From the human T2T-CHM13v2.0 reference genome, Homo sapiens, in the NCBI RefSeq assembly GCF_009914755.1, contig NC_060934.1: a stretch of 64,000 nt of DNA. One strand, 5' to 3'. Below, piece by piece: positions 1 through 11,300 of this stretch; positions within the stretch are counted from its first letter, which is position 1, and every line of letters starts with the position of its first letter. The notes under the pieces are model-generated. The model had not been told where the DNA came from, did no database searches, and saw nothing but the letters and a program-made list of their open reading frames with translations. Both the position numbers and the translations under genes were made by a program.

Positions 1-290
1 AGTCACTTCTTTGTGTTGTGTGTATTCAAGTCACAGAGTTGAACCTTCCTTTAGACAGAGCAGTTTTGAAAAATTCTTTCTGTGTAATTTGCAAGTGGAG
101 ATTTCAAGCGATTTGAGGCTAATCTTTGAAATGGAAATATCTTCGTGTAAAAACTACACAGAATCATTCTCAGAAACTGCTTTGTCATCTGTGCGTTCAG
201 TTCACAGAGTTTCACCTTTCTCTTCATAGAGCAGTTTGGAAAGACTCTGTCTGTAAAGTCTGCAAGTGATTAGTTAGACCCCTTTGAGGC

Positions 291-307
291 CTTCGTTGGA
301 AGCGGGA
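291..307 (+). promoter_or_regulatory. CENP-B box, monomer 2 type (CTTCGTTGGAAGCGGGA); recurs at the same offset in every HOR
   Basis: Matches the CENP-B recognition core NTTCGNNNNANNCGGGN. The G at 302 is at a non-essential position. Confidence 0.95.
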
Positions 308-629
308 TTTCTCATTTACTGCTAGACAGAAGAATTCTCAGTAAATCCTTTGTGTTGTGTGTATTCAACTCACAGAGTGGAACCTTCCTTTATTCAGAGC
401 AGTTTTGAAACACTCTTTTTGTGGAATTTGCAAGTGGAGATTTCAAGCGATTTGACGCCAATCTTAGACATGGAAATATCTTCATATTAAAAGTACACAG
501 AGTCATTCGTAGAAACTAGTTTGTGATGTGTGCCTTCAACTCACAGAGTTTAACCTTTCTTTTCATAGAGCAGTTGGGAAACACTCTATTTGTAAAGTCT
601 GCAAGTGGATATTTGGACCTCTTTGAGGC

Positions 630-646
630 CTTCGTTGGAAACGGGA
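630..646 (+). promoter_or_regulatory. CENP-B box, monomer 4 (CTTCGTTGGAAACGGGA); recurs in every HOR
   Basis: Exact canonical 17-bp CENP-B box, 339 bp after the previous one. Confidence 0.97.
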
Positions 647-967
647 TTTCTTCATATAACGCTAGACAGAAGAATTCTCAGTAACTTCTTTGTGTTGTGT
701 GTATTCAACTCACAGAGTTGAACCTTTCTTTAGAGGGAGCAGAGGTGAAACACTCTTTTTGTGGAATTTGCTAGTGTAGATTTCAAACGCTTCGAAGACA
801 GTGATAGAAAAGGATATATCTTCGTATTAAAAGTAGACAAAATCATTCTCAGAAAACTCTTTGTGATGTGTGTGTTCAACTCACAGAGTTTAACCTTTCT
901 TTAATCGAGCAGTTTGGAAATACACTCTTTGTAAGTCTGCAGGTGGATATTTGGCCCTCTTTGAGCC

Positions 968-984
968 CTTCGTTGGAAACGGGA
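968..984 (+). promoter_or_regulatory. CENP-B box, monomer 6 (8-mer units only)
   Basis: Exact canonical 17-bp box preceded by GAGCC. It lies in the 338 bp missing from 6-mers. Confidence 0.97.
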
Positions 985-1136
985 TTTCCTCATATAATGC
1001 TAGACAGAAGAATTCTCAGTAACTTCTTTGTGTTGTTTGTATTCAACACACAGATTTGAACCTTCCTTTAGAGAGAGCAGATTTGAAACACTCTGTTTTT
1101 GGAATTTGCAAGTGCAGATTTCAAGCGCTTCTAGGC

Positions 1137-1153
1137 CTATGGCAGAAAAGGAA
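1137..1153 (+). other. pJ-alpha (A-box)-like site in the non-CENP-B monomer 7
   Basis: CTATGGCAGAAAAGGAA sits at the position homologous to the CENP-B box, as expected for A-type monomers alternating with B-type. The equivalent sites in m1, m3 and m5 are more degenerate. Confidence 0.6.
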
Positions 1154-1307
1154 ATATCTTCGTATAAAAACTACACAGAATCATTCTCAACAACTACTTT
1201 GTGATGTGTGCGTTCAACTCACAGAGTTTAACCTTTCTTTTCATAGAGCAGTTTGGAAACACTCTGTTTGTAAATCCTGCAAGTGCTTTTATGGACTTCA
1301 TTGAGGC

Positions 1308-1324
1308 CTTCGTTGGAAACGGGA
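1308..1324 (+). promoter_or_regulatory. CENP-B box, monomer 8; recurs in every complete HOR
   Basis: Exact canonical 17-bp box. Box positions in the window total 27x4 + 26x3 + 2 = 188, of which I see one disrupted (40340-40356). Confidence 0.97.
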
Positions 1325-1357
1325 TTTCTTCATATAATGCTAGACAGAAGAATTCTC

Positions 1358-2376
1358 AGTCACTTCTTTGTGTTGTGTGTATTCAAGTCACAGAGTTGAA
1401 CCTTCCTTTAGACAGAGCAGTTTTGAAAAATTCTTTCTGTGGAGTTTGCAAGTGGAGATTTCAAGCGATTTGAGGCTAATCTTTGAAATGGAAATATCTT
1501 CGTGTAAAAACTACACAGAATCATTCTCAGAAACTGCTTTGTCATCTGTGCGTTCAGTTCACAGAGTTTCACCTTTCTCTTCATAGAGCAGTTTGGAAAG
1601 ACTCTGTCTGTAAAGTCTGCAAGTGATTAGTTAGACCCCTTTGAGGCCTTCGTTGGAAGCGGGATTTCTCATTTACTGCTAGACAGAAGAATTCTCAGTA
1701 AATCCTTTGTGTTGTGTGTATTCAACTCACAGAGTGGAACCTTCCTTTATTCAGAGCAGTTTTGAAAAACACTTTTTGTGGAATTTGCAAGTGGAGATTT
1801 CAAGCGATTTGACGCCAATCTTAGACATGGAAATGTCTTCATATTAAAAGTACACAGAGTCATTCGTAGAAACTAGTTTGTGATGTGTGCCTTCAACTCA
1901 CAGAGTTTAACCTTTCTTTTCATAGAGCAGTTTGGAAACACTCTATTTGTAAAGTCTGCAAGTGGATATTTGGACCTCTTTGAGGCCTTCGTTGGAAACG
2001 GGATTTCTTCATACAACGCTAGACAGAAGAATTCTCAGTAACTTCTTTGTGTTGTGTGTATTCAACTCACAGAGTTGAACCTTTCTTTAGAGAGAGCAGA
2101 GTTGAAACACTCTGTTTTTGGAATTTGCAACTGCAGATTTCAAGCGATTCTAGGCCAATGGCAGAAAAGGAAATATCTTCGTATAAAAACTACACAGAAT
2201 CATTCTCAACAACTACTTTGTGATGTGTGCGTTCAACTCACAGAGTTTAACCTTTCTTTTCATAGAGCAGTTTGGAAACACTCTGTTTGTAAAGCCTGCA
2301 AGTGCTTTTTTGGACTTCATTGAGGCCTTCGTTGGAAACGGGATTTCTTCATGTAATGCTAGACAGAAGAATTCTC
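1358..2376 (+). repeat. Representative 6-monomer HOR structural variant (1019 bp); 26 complete copies
   Basis: The anchor recurs at +1019. The unit is 338 bp shorter than the 8-mer, has 3 CENP-B boxes, and contains an m5/m7 hybrid monomer (~2037-2206) that is m5-like to ~2084 and mostly m7-like from ~2093. Confidence 0.96.
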
Positions 2377-5300
2377 AGTCACTTCTTTGTGTTGTGTGTA
2401 TTCAAGTCACAGAGTTGAACCTTCCTTTAGACAGAGCAGTTTTGAAAAATTCTTTCTGTGGAGTTTGCAAGTGGAGATTTCAAGCGATTTGAGGCTAATC
2501 TTTGAAATGGAAATATCTTCGTGTAAAAACTACACAGAATCATTCTCAGAAACTGCTTTGTCATCTGTGCGTTCAGTTCACAGAGTTTCACCTTTCTCTT
2601 CATAGAGCAGTTTGGAAAGACTCTGTCTGTAAAGTCTGCAAGTGATTAGTTAGACCCCTTTGAGGCCTTCGTTGGAAGCGGGATTTCTCATTTACTGCTA
2701 GACAGAAGAATTCTCAGTAAATCCTTTGTGTTGTGTGTATTCAACTCACAGAGTGGAACCTTCCTTTATTCAGAGCAGTTTTGAAACACTCTTTTTGTGG
2801 AATTTGCAAGTGGAGATTTCAAGCGATTTGACGCCAATCTTAGACATGGAAATATCTTCATATTAAAAGTACACAGAGTCATTCGTAGAAACTAGTTTGT
2901 GATGTGTGCCTTCAACTCACAGAGTTTAACCTTTCTTTTCATAGAGCAGTTGGGAAACACTCTATTTGTAAAGTCTGCAAGTGGATATTTGGACCTCTTT
3001 GAGGCCTTCGTTGGAAACGGGATTTCTTCATATAACGCTAGACAGAAGAATTCTCAGTAACTTCTTTGTGTTGTGTGTATTCAACTCACAGAGTTGAACC
3101 TTTCTTTAGAGGGAGCAGAGGTGAAACACTCTTTTTGTGGAATTTGCTAGTGTAGATTTCAAACGCTTCGAAGACAGTGATAGAAAAGGATATATCTTCG
3201 TATTAAAAGTAGACAAAATCATTCTCAGAAAACTCTTTGTGATGTGTGTGTTCAACTCACAGAGTTTAACCTTTCTTTAATCGAGCAGTTTGGAAATACA
3301 CTCTTTGTAAGTCTGCAGGTGGATATTTGGCCCTCTTTGAGCCCTTCGTTGGAAACGGGATTTCCTCATATAATGCTAGACAGAAGAATTCTCAGTAACT
3401 TCTTTGTGTTGTTTGTATTCAACACACAGATTTGAACCTTCCTTTAGAGAGAGCAGATTTGAAACACTCTGTTTTTGGAATTTGCAAGTGCAGATTTCAA
3501 GCGCTTCTAGGCCTATGGCAGAAAAGGAAATATCTTCGTATAAAAACTACACAGAATCATTCTCAACAACTACTTTGTGATGTGTGCGTTCAACTCACAG
3601 AGTTTAACCTTTCTTTTCATAGAGCAGTTTGGAAACACTCTGTTTGTAAAGCCTGCAAGTGCTTTTTTGGACTTCATTGAGGCCTTCGTTGGAAACGGGA
3701 TTTCTTCATATAATGCTAGACAGAAGAATTCTCAGTCACTTCTTTGTGTTGTGTGTATTCAAGTCACAGAGTTGAACCTTCCTTTAGACAGAGCAGTTTT
3801 GAAAAATTCTTTCTGTGGAGTTTGCAAGTGGAGATTTCAAGCGATTTGAGGCTAATCTTTGAAATGGAAATATCTTCGTGTAAAAACTACACAGAATCAT
3901 TCTCAGAAACTGCTTTGTCATCTGTGCGTTCAGTTCACAGAGTTTCACCTTTCTCTTCATAGAGCAGTTTGGAAAGACTCTGTCTGTAAAGTCTGCAAGT
4001 GATTAGTTAGACCCCTTTGAGGCCTTCGTTGGAAGCGGGATTTCTCATTTACTGCTAGACAGAAGAATTCTCAGTAAATCCTTTGTGTTGTGTGTATTCA
4101 ACTCACAGAGTGGAACCTTCCTTTATTCAGAGCAGTTTTGAAAAACACTTTTTGTGGAATTTGCAAGTGGAGATTTCAAGCGATTTGACGCCAATCTTAG
4201 ACATGGAAATATCTTCATATTAAAAGTACACAGAGTCATTCGTAGAAACTAGTTTGTGATGTGTGCCTTCAACTCACAGAGTTTAACCTTTCTTTTCATA
4301 GAGCAGTTTGGAAACACTCTATTTGTAAAGTCTGCAAGTGGATATTTGGACCTCTTTGAGGCCTTCGTTGGAAACGGGATTTCTTCATACAACGCTAGAC
4401 AGAAGAATTCTCAGTAACTTCTTTGTGTTGTGTGTATTCAACTCACAGAGTTGAACCTTTCTTTAGAGAGAGCAGAGTTGAAACACTCTGTTTTTGGAAT
4501 TTGCAACTGCAGATTTCAAGCGATTCTAGGCCTATGGCAGAAAAGGAAATATCTTCGTATAAAAACTACACAGAATCATTCTCAACAACTACTTTGTGAT
4601 GTGTGCGTTCAACTCACAGAGTTTAACCTTTCTTTTCATAGAGCAGTTTGGAAACACTCTGTTTGTAAAGCCTGCAAGTGCTTTTTTGGACTTCATTGAG
4701 GCCTTCGTTGGAAACGGGATTTCTTCATATAATGCTAGACAGAAGAATTCTCAGTCACTTCTTTGTGTTGTGTGTATTCAAGTCACAGAGTTGAACCTTC
4801 CTTTAGACAGAGCAGTTTTGAAAAATTCTTTCTGTGGAGTTTGCAAGTGGAGATTTCAAGCGATTTGAGGCTAATCTTTGAAATGGAAATATCTTCGTGT
4901 AAAAACTACACAGAATCATTCTCAGAAACTGCTTTGTCATCTGTGCGTTCAGTTCACAGAGTTTCACCTTTCTCTTCATAGAGCAGTTTGGAAAGACTCT
5001 GTCTGTAAAGTCTGCAAGTGATTAGTTAGACCCCTTTGAGGCCTTCGTTGGAAGCGGGATTTCTCATTTACTGCTAGACAGAAGAATTCTCAGTAAATCC
5101 TTTGTGTTGTGTGTATTCAACTCACAGAGTGGAACCTTCCTTTATTCAGAGCAGTTTTGAAAAACACTTTTTGTGGAATTTGCAAGTGGAGATTTCAAGC
5201 GATTTGACGCCAATCTTAGACATGGAAATGTCTTCATATTAAAAGTACACAGAGTCATTCGTAGAAACTAGTTTGTGATGTGTGCCTTCAACTCACAGAG

Positions 5301-8300
5301 TTTAACCTTTCTTTTCATAGAGCAGTTTGGAAACACTCTATTTGTAAAGTCTGCAAGTGGATATTTGGACCTCTTTGAGGCCTTCGTTGGAAACGGGATT
5401 TCTTCATACAACGCTAGACAGAAGAATTCTCAGTAACTTCTTTGTGTTGTGTGTATTCAACTCACAGAGTTGAACCTTTCTTTAGAGAGAGCAGAGTTGA
5501 AACACTCTGTTTTTGGAATTTGCAACTGCAGATTTCAAGCGATTCTAGGCCAATAGCAGAAAAGGAAATATCTTCGTATAAAAACTACACAGAATCATTC
5601 TCAACAACTACTTTGTGATGTGTGCGTTCAACTCACAGAGTTTAACCTTTCTTTTCATAGAGCAGTTTGGAAACACTCTGTTTGTAAAGCCTGCAAGTGC
5701 TTTTTTGGACTTCATTGAGGCCTTCGTTGGAAACGGGATTTCTTCATGTAATGCTAGACAGAAGAATTCTCAGTCACTTCTTTGTGTTGTGTGTATTCAA
5801 GTCACAGAGTTGAACCTTCCTTTAGACAGAGCAGTTTTGAAAAATTCTTTCTGTGTAATTTGCAAGTGGAGATTTCAAGCGATTTGAGGCTAATCTTTGA
5901 AATGGAAATATCTTCGTGTAAAAACTACACAGAATCATTCTCAGAAACTGCTTTGTCATCTGTGCGTTCAGTTCACAGAGTTTCACCTTTCTCTTCATAG
6001 AGCAGTTTGGAAAGACTCTGTCTGTAAAGTCTGCAAGTGATTAGTTAGACCCCTTTGAGGCCTTCGTTGGAAGCGGGATTTCTCATTTACTGCTAGACAG
6101 AAGAATTCTCAGTAAATCCTTTGTGTTGTGTGTATTCAACTCACAGAGTGGAACCTTCCTTTATTCAGAGCAGTTTTGAAACACTCTTTTTGTGGAATTT
6201 GCAAGTGGAGATTTCAAGCGATTTGACGCCAATCTTAGACATGGAAATATCTTCATATTAAAAGTACACAGAGTCATTCGTAGAAACTAGTTTGTGATGT
6301 GTGCCTTCAACTCACAGAGTTTAACCTTTCTTTTCATAGAGCAGTTGGGAAACACTCTATTTGTAAAGTCTGCAAGTGGATATTTGGACCTCTTTGAGGC
6401 CTTCGTTGGAAACGGGATTTCTTCATATAACGCTAGACAGAAGAATTCTCAGTAACTTCTTTGTGTTGTGTGTATTCAACTCACAGAGTTGAACCTTTCT
6501 TTAGAGGGAGCAGTGGTGAAACACTCTTTTTGTGGAATTTGCTAGTGTAGATTTCAAACGCTTCGAAGACAGTGATAGAAAAGGATATATCTTCGTATTA
6601 AAAGTAGACAAAATCATTCTCAGAAAACTCTTTGTGATGTGTGTGTTCAACTCACAGAGTTTAACCTTTCTTTAATCGAGCAGTTTGGAAATACACTCTT
6701 TGTAAGTCTGCAGGTGGATATTTGGCCCTCTTTGAGCCCTTCGTTGGAAACGGGATTTCCTCATATAATGCTAGACAGAAGAATTCTCAGTAACTTCTTT
6801 GTGTTGTTTGTATTCAACACACAGATTTGAACCTTCCTTTAGAGAGAGCAGATTTGAAACACTCTGTTTTTGGAATTTGCAAGTGCAGATTTCAAGCGCT
6901 TCTAGGCCTATGGCAGAAAAGGAAATATCTTCGTATAAAAACTACACAGAATCATTCTCAACAACTACTTTGTGATGTGTGCGTTCAACTCACAGAGTTT
7001 AACCTTTCTTTTCATAGAGCAGTTTGGAAACACTCTGTTTGTAAAGCCTGCAAGTGCTTTTTTGGACTTCATTGAGGCCTTCGTTGGAAACGGGATTTCT
7101 TCATATAATGCTAGACAGAAGAATTCTCAGTCACTTCTTTGTGTTGTGTGTATTCAAGTCACAGAGTTGAACCTTCCTTTAGACAGAGCAGTTTTGAAAA
7201 ATTCTTTCTGTGGAGTTTGCAAGTGGAGATTTCAAGCGATTTGAGGCTAATCTTTGAAATGGAAATATCTTCGTGTAAAAACTACACAGAATCATTCTCA
7301 GAAACTGCTTTGTCATCTGTGCGTTCAGTTCACAGAGTTTCACCTTTCTCTTCATAGAGCAGTTTGGAAAGACTCTGTCTGTAAAGTCTGCAAGTGATTA
7401 GTTAGACCCCTTTGAGGCCTTCGTTGGAAGCGGGATTTCTCATTTACTGCTAGACAGAAGAATTCTCAGTAAATCCTTTGTGTTGTGTGTATTCAACTCA
7501 CAGAGTGGAACCTTCCTTTATTCAGAGCAGTTTTGAAAAACACTTTTTGTGGAATTTGCAAGTGGAGATTTCAAGCGATTTGACGCCAATCTTAGACATG
7601 GAAATATCTTCATATTAAAAGTACACAGAGTCATTCGTAGAAACTAGTTTGTGATGTGTGCCTTCAACTCACAGAGTTTAACCTTTCTTTTCATAGAGCA
7701 GTTTGGAAACACTCTATTTGTAAAGTCTGCAAGTGGATATTTGGACCTCTTTGAGGCCTTCGTTGGAAACGGGATTTCTTCATACAACGCTAGACAGAAG
7801 AATTCTCAGTAACTTCTTTGTGTTGTGTGTATTCAACTCACAGAGTTGAACCTTTCTTTAGAGAGAGCAGAGTTGAAACACTCTGTTTTTGGAATTTGCA
7901 ATTGCAGATTTCAAGCGATTCTAGGCCTATGGCAGAAAAGGAAATATCTTCGTACAAAAACTACACAGAATCATTCTCAACAACTACTTTGTGATGTGTG
8001 CGTTCAACTCACAGAGTTTAACCTTTCTTTTCATAGAGCAGTTTGGAAACACTCTGTTTGTAAAGCCTGCAAGTGCTTTTTTGGACTTCATTGAGGCCTT
8101 CGTTGGAAACGGGATTTCTTCATGTAATGCTAGACAGAAGAATTCTCAGTCACTTCTTTGTGTTGTGTGTATTCAAGTCACAGAGTTGAACCTTCCTTTA
8201 GACAGAGCAGTTTTGAAAAATTCTTTCTGTGTAATTTGCAAGTGGAGATTTCAAGCGATTTGAGGCTAATCTTTGAAATGGAAATATCTTCGTGTAAAAA

Positions 8301-11300
8301 CTACACAGAATCATTCTCAGAAACTGCTTTGTCATCTGTGCGTTCAGATCACAGAGTTTCACCTTTCTCTTCATAGAGCAGTTTGGAAAGACTCTGTCTG
8401 TAAAGTCTGCAAGTGATTAGTTAGACCCCTTTGAGGCCTTCGTTGGAAGCGGGATTTCTCATTTACTGCTAGACAGAAGAATTCTCAGTAAATCCTTTGT
8501 GTTGTGTGTATTCAACTCACAGAGTGGAACCCTCCTTTATTCAGAGCAGTTTTGAAAAACACTTTTTGTGGAATTTGCAAGTGGAGATTTCAAGCGATTT
8601 GACGCCAATCTTAGACATGGAAATATCTTCATATTAAAAGTACACAGAGTCATTCGTAGAAACTAGTTTGTGATGTGTGCCTTCAACTCACAGAGTTTAA
8701 CCTTTCTTTTCATAGACCAGTTTGGAAACACTCTATTTGTAAAGTCTGCAAGTGGATATTTGGACCTCTTTGAGGCCTTCGTTGGAAACGGGATTTCTTC
8801 ATACAACGCTAGACAGAAGAATTCTCAGTAACTTCTTTGTGTTGTGTGTATTCAACTCACAGAGTTGAACCTTTCTTTAGAGAGAGCAGAGTTGAAACAC
8901 TCTGTTTTTGGAATTTGCAACTGCAGATTTCAAGCGATTCTAGGCCTATGGCAGAAAAGGAAATATCTTCGTATAAAAACTACACAGAATCATTCTCAAC
9001 AACTACTTTGTGATGTGTGCGTTCAACTCACAGAGTTTAACCTTTCTTTTCATAGAGCAGTTTGGAAACACTCTGTTTGTAAAGCCTGCAAGTGCTTTTT
9101 TGGACTTCATTGAGGCCTTCGTTGGAAACGGGATTTCTTCATATAATGCTAGACAGAAGAATTCTCAGTCACTTCTTTGTGTTGTGTGTATTCAAGTCAC
9201 AGAGTTGAACCTTCCTTTAGACAGAGCAGTTTTGAAAAATTCTTTCTGTGGAGTTTGCAAGTGGAGATTTCAAGTGATTTGAGGCTAATCTTTGAAATGG
9301 AAATATCTTCGTGTAAAAACTACACAGAATCATTCTCAGAAACTGCTTTGTCATCTGTGCGTTCAGTTCACAGAGTTTCACCTTTCTCTTCATAGAGCAG
9401 TTTGGAAAGACTCTGTCTGTAAAGTCTGCAAGTGATTAGTTAGACCCCTTTGAGGCCTTCGTTGGAAGCGGGATTTCTCATTTACTGCTAGACAGAAGAA
9501 TTCTCAGTAAATCCTTTGTGTTGTGTGTATTCAACTCACAGAGTGGAACCTTCCTTTATTCAGAGCAGTTTTGAAACACTCTTTTTGTGGAATTTGCAAG
9601 TGGAGATTTCAAGCGATTTGACGCCAATCTTAGACATGGAAATATCTTCATATTAAAAGTACACAGAGTCATTCGTAGAAACTAGTTTGTGATGTGTGCC
9701 TTCAACTCACAGAGTTTAACCTTTCTTTTCATAGAGCAGTTGGGAAACACTCTATTTGTAAAGTCTGCAAGTGGATATTTGGACCTCTTTGAGGCCTTCG
9801 TTGGAAACGGGATTTCTTCATATAACGCTAGACAGAAGAATTCTCAGTAACTTCTTTGTGTTGTGTGTATTCAACTCACAGAGTTGAACCTTTCTTTAGA
9901 GGGAGCAGTGGTGAAACACTCTTTTTGTGGAATTTGCTAGTGTAGATTTCAAACGCTTCGAAGACAGTGATAGAAAAGGATATATCTTCGTATTAAAAGT
10001 AGACAAAATCATTCTCAGAAAACTCTTTGTGATGTGTGTGTTCAACTCACAGAGTTTAACCTTTCTTTAATCGAGCAGTTTGGAAATACACTCTTTGTAA
10101 GTCTGCAGGTGGATATTTGGCCCTCTTTGAGCCCTTCGTTGGAAACGGGATTTCCTCATATAATGCTAGACAGAAGAATTCTCAGTAACTTCTTTGTGTT
10201 GTTTGTATTCAACACACAGATTTGAACCTTCCTTTAGAGAGAGCAGATTTGAAACACTCTGTTTTTGGAATTTGCAAGTGCAGATTTCAAGCGCTTCTAG
10301 GCCTATGGCAGAAAAGGAAATATCTTCGTATAAAAACTACACAGAATCATTCTCAACAACTACTTTGTGATGTGTGCGTTCAACTCACAGAGTTTAACCT
10401 TTCTTTTCATAGAGCAGTTTGGAAACACTCTGTTTGTAAAGCCTGCAAGTGCTTTTTTGGACTTCATTGAGGCCTTCGTTGGAAACGGGATTTCTTCATA
10501 TAATGCTAGACAGAAGAATTCTCAGTCACTTCTTTGTGTTGTGTGTATTCAAGTCACAGAGTTGAACCTTCCTTTAGACAGAGCAGTTTTGAAAAATTCT
10601 TTCTGTGGAGTTTGCAAGTGGAGATTTCAAGCGATTTGAGGCTAATCTTTGAAATGGAAATATCTTCGTGTAAAAACTACACAGAATCATTCTCAGAAAC
10701 TGCTTTGTCATCTGTGCGTTCAGTTCACAGAGTTTCACCTTTCTCTTCATAGAGCAGTTTGGAAAGACTCTGTCTGTAAAGTCTGCAAGTGATTAGTTAG
10801 ACCCCTTTGAGGCCTTCGTTGGAAGCGGGATTTCTCATTTACTGCTAGACAGAAGAATTCTCAGTAAATCCTTTGTGTTGTGTGTATTCAACTCACAGAG
10901 TGGAACCTTCCTTTATTCAGAGCAGTTTTGAAAAACACTTTTTGTGGAATTTGCAAGTGGAGATTTCAAGCGATTTGACGCCAATCTTAGACATGGAAAT
11001 ATCTTCATATTAAAAGTACACAGAGTCATTCGTAGAAACTAGTTTGTGATGTGTGCCTTCAACTCACAGAGTTTAACCTTTCTTTTCATAGAGCAGTTTG
11101 GAAACACTCTATTTGTAAAGTCTGCAAGTGGATATTTGGACCCCTTTGAGGCCTTCGTTGGAAACGGGATTTCTTCATACAACGCTAGACAGAAGAATTC
11201 TCAGTAACTTCTTTGTGTTGTGTGTATTCAACTCACAGAGTTGAACCTTTCTTTAGAGAGAGCAGAGTTGAAACACTCTGTTTTTGGAATTTGCAACTGC

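Larger units (their letters stand above)
1..1357 (+). repeat. Representative 8-monomer HOR unit (1357 bp); 27 complete copies plus a partial copy at 63134-64000
   Basis: The anchor AGTCACTTCTTTGTGTTG recurs at +1357. The unit holds 4 CENP-B boxes and the 8-mer-only dimer m5/m6 (GAGGGAGCAGAGGTG...GCTAGTGTAG...TTAATCGAGC...CTGCAGGTGG). Units start at 1, 2377, 5772, 9167, 13581-21723 (x7), 24099, 30551-40050 (x8), 42426, 44802, 47178, 50573, 53968, 57363, 59739. Confidence 0.97.
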
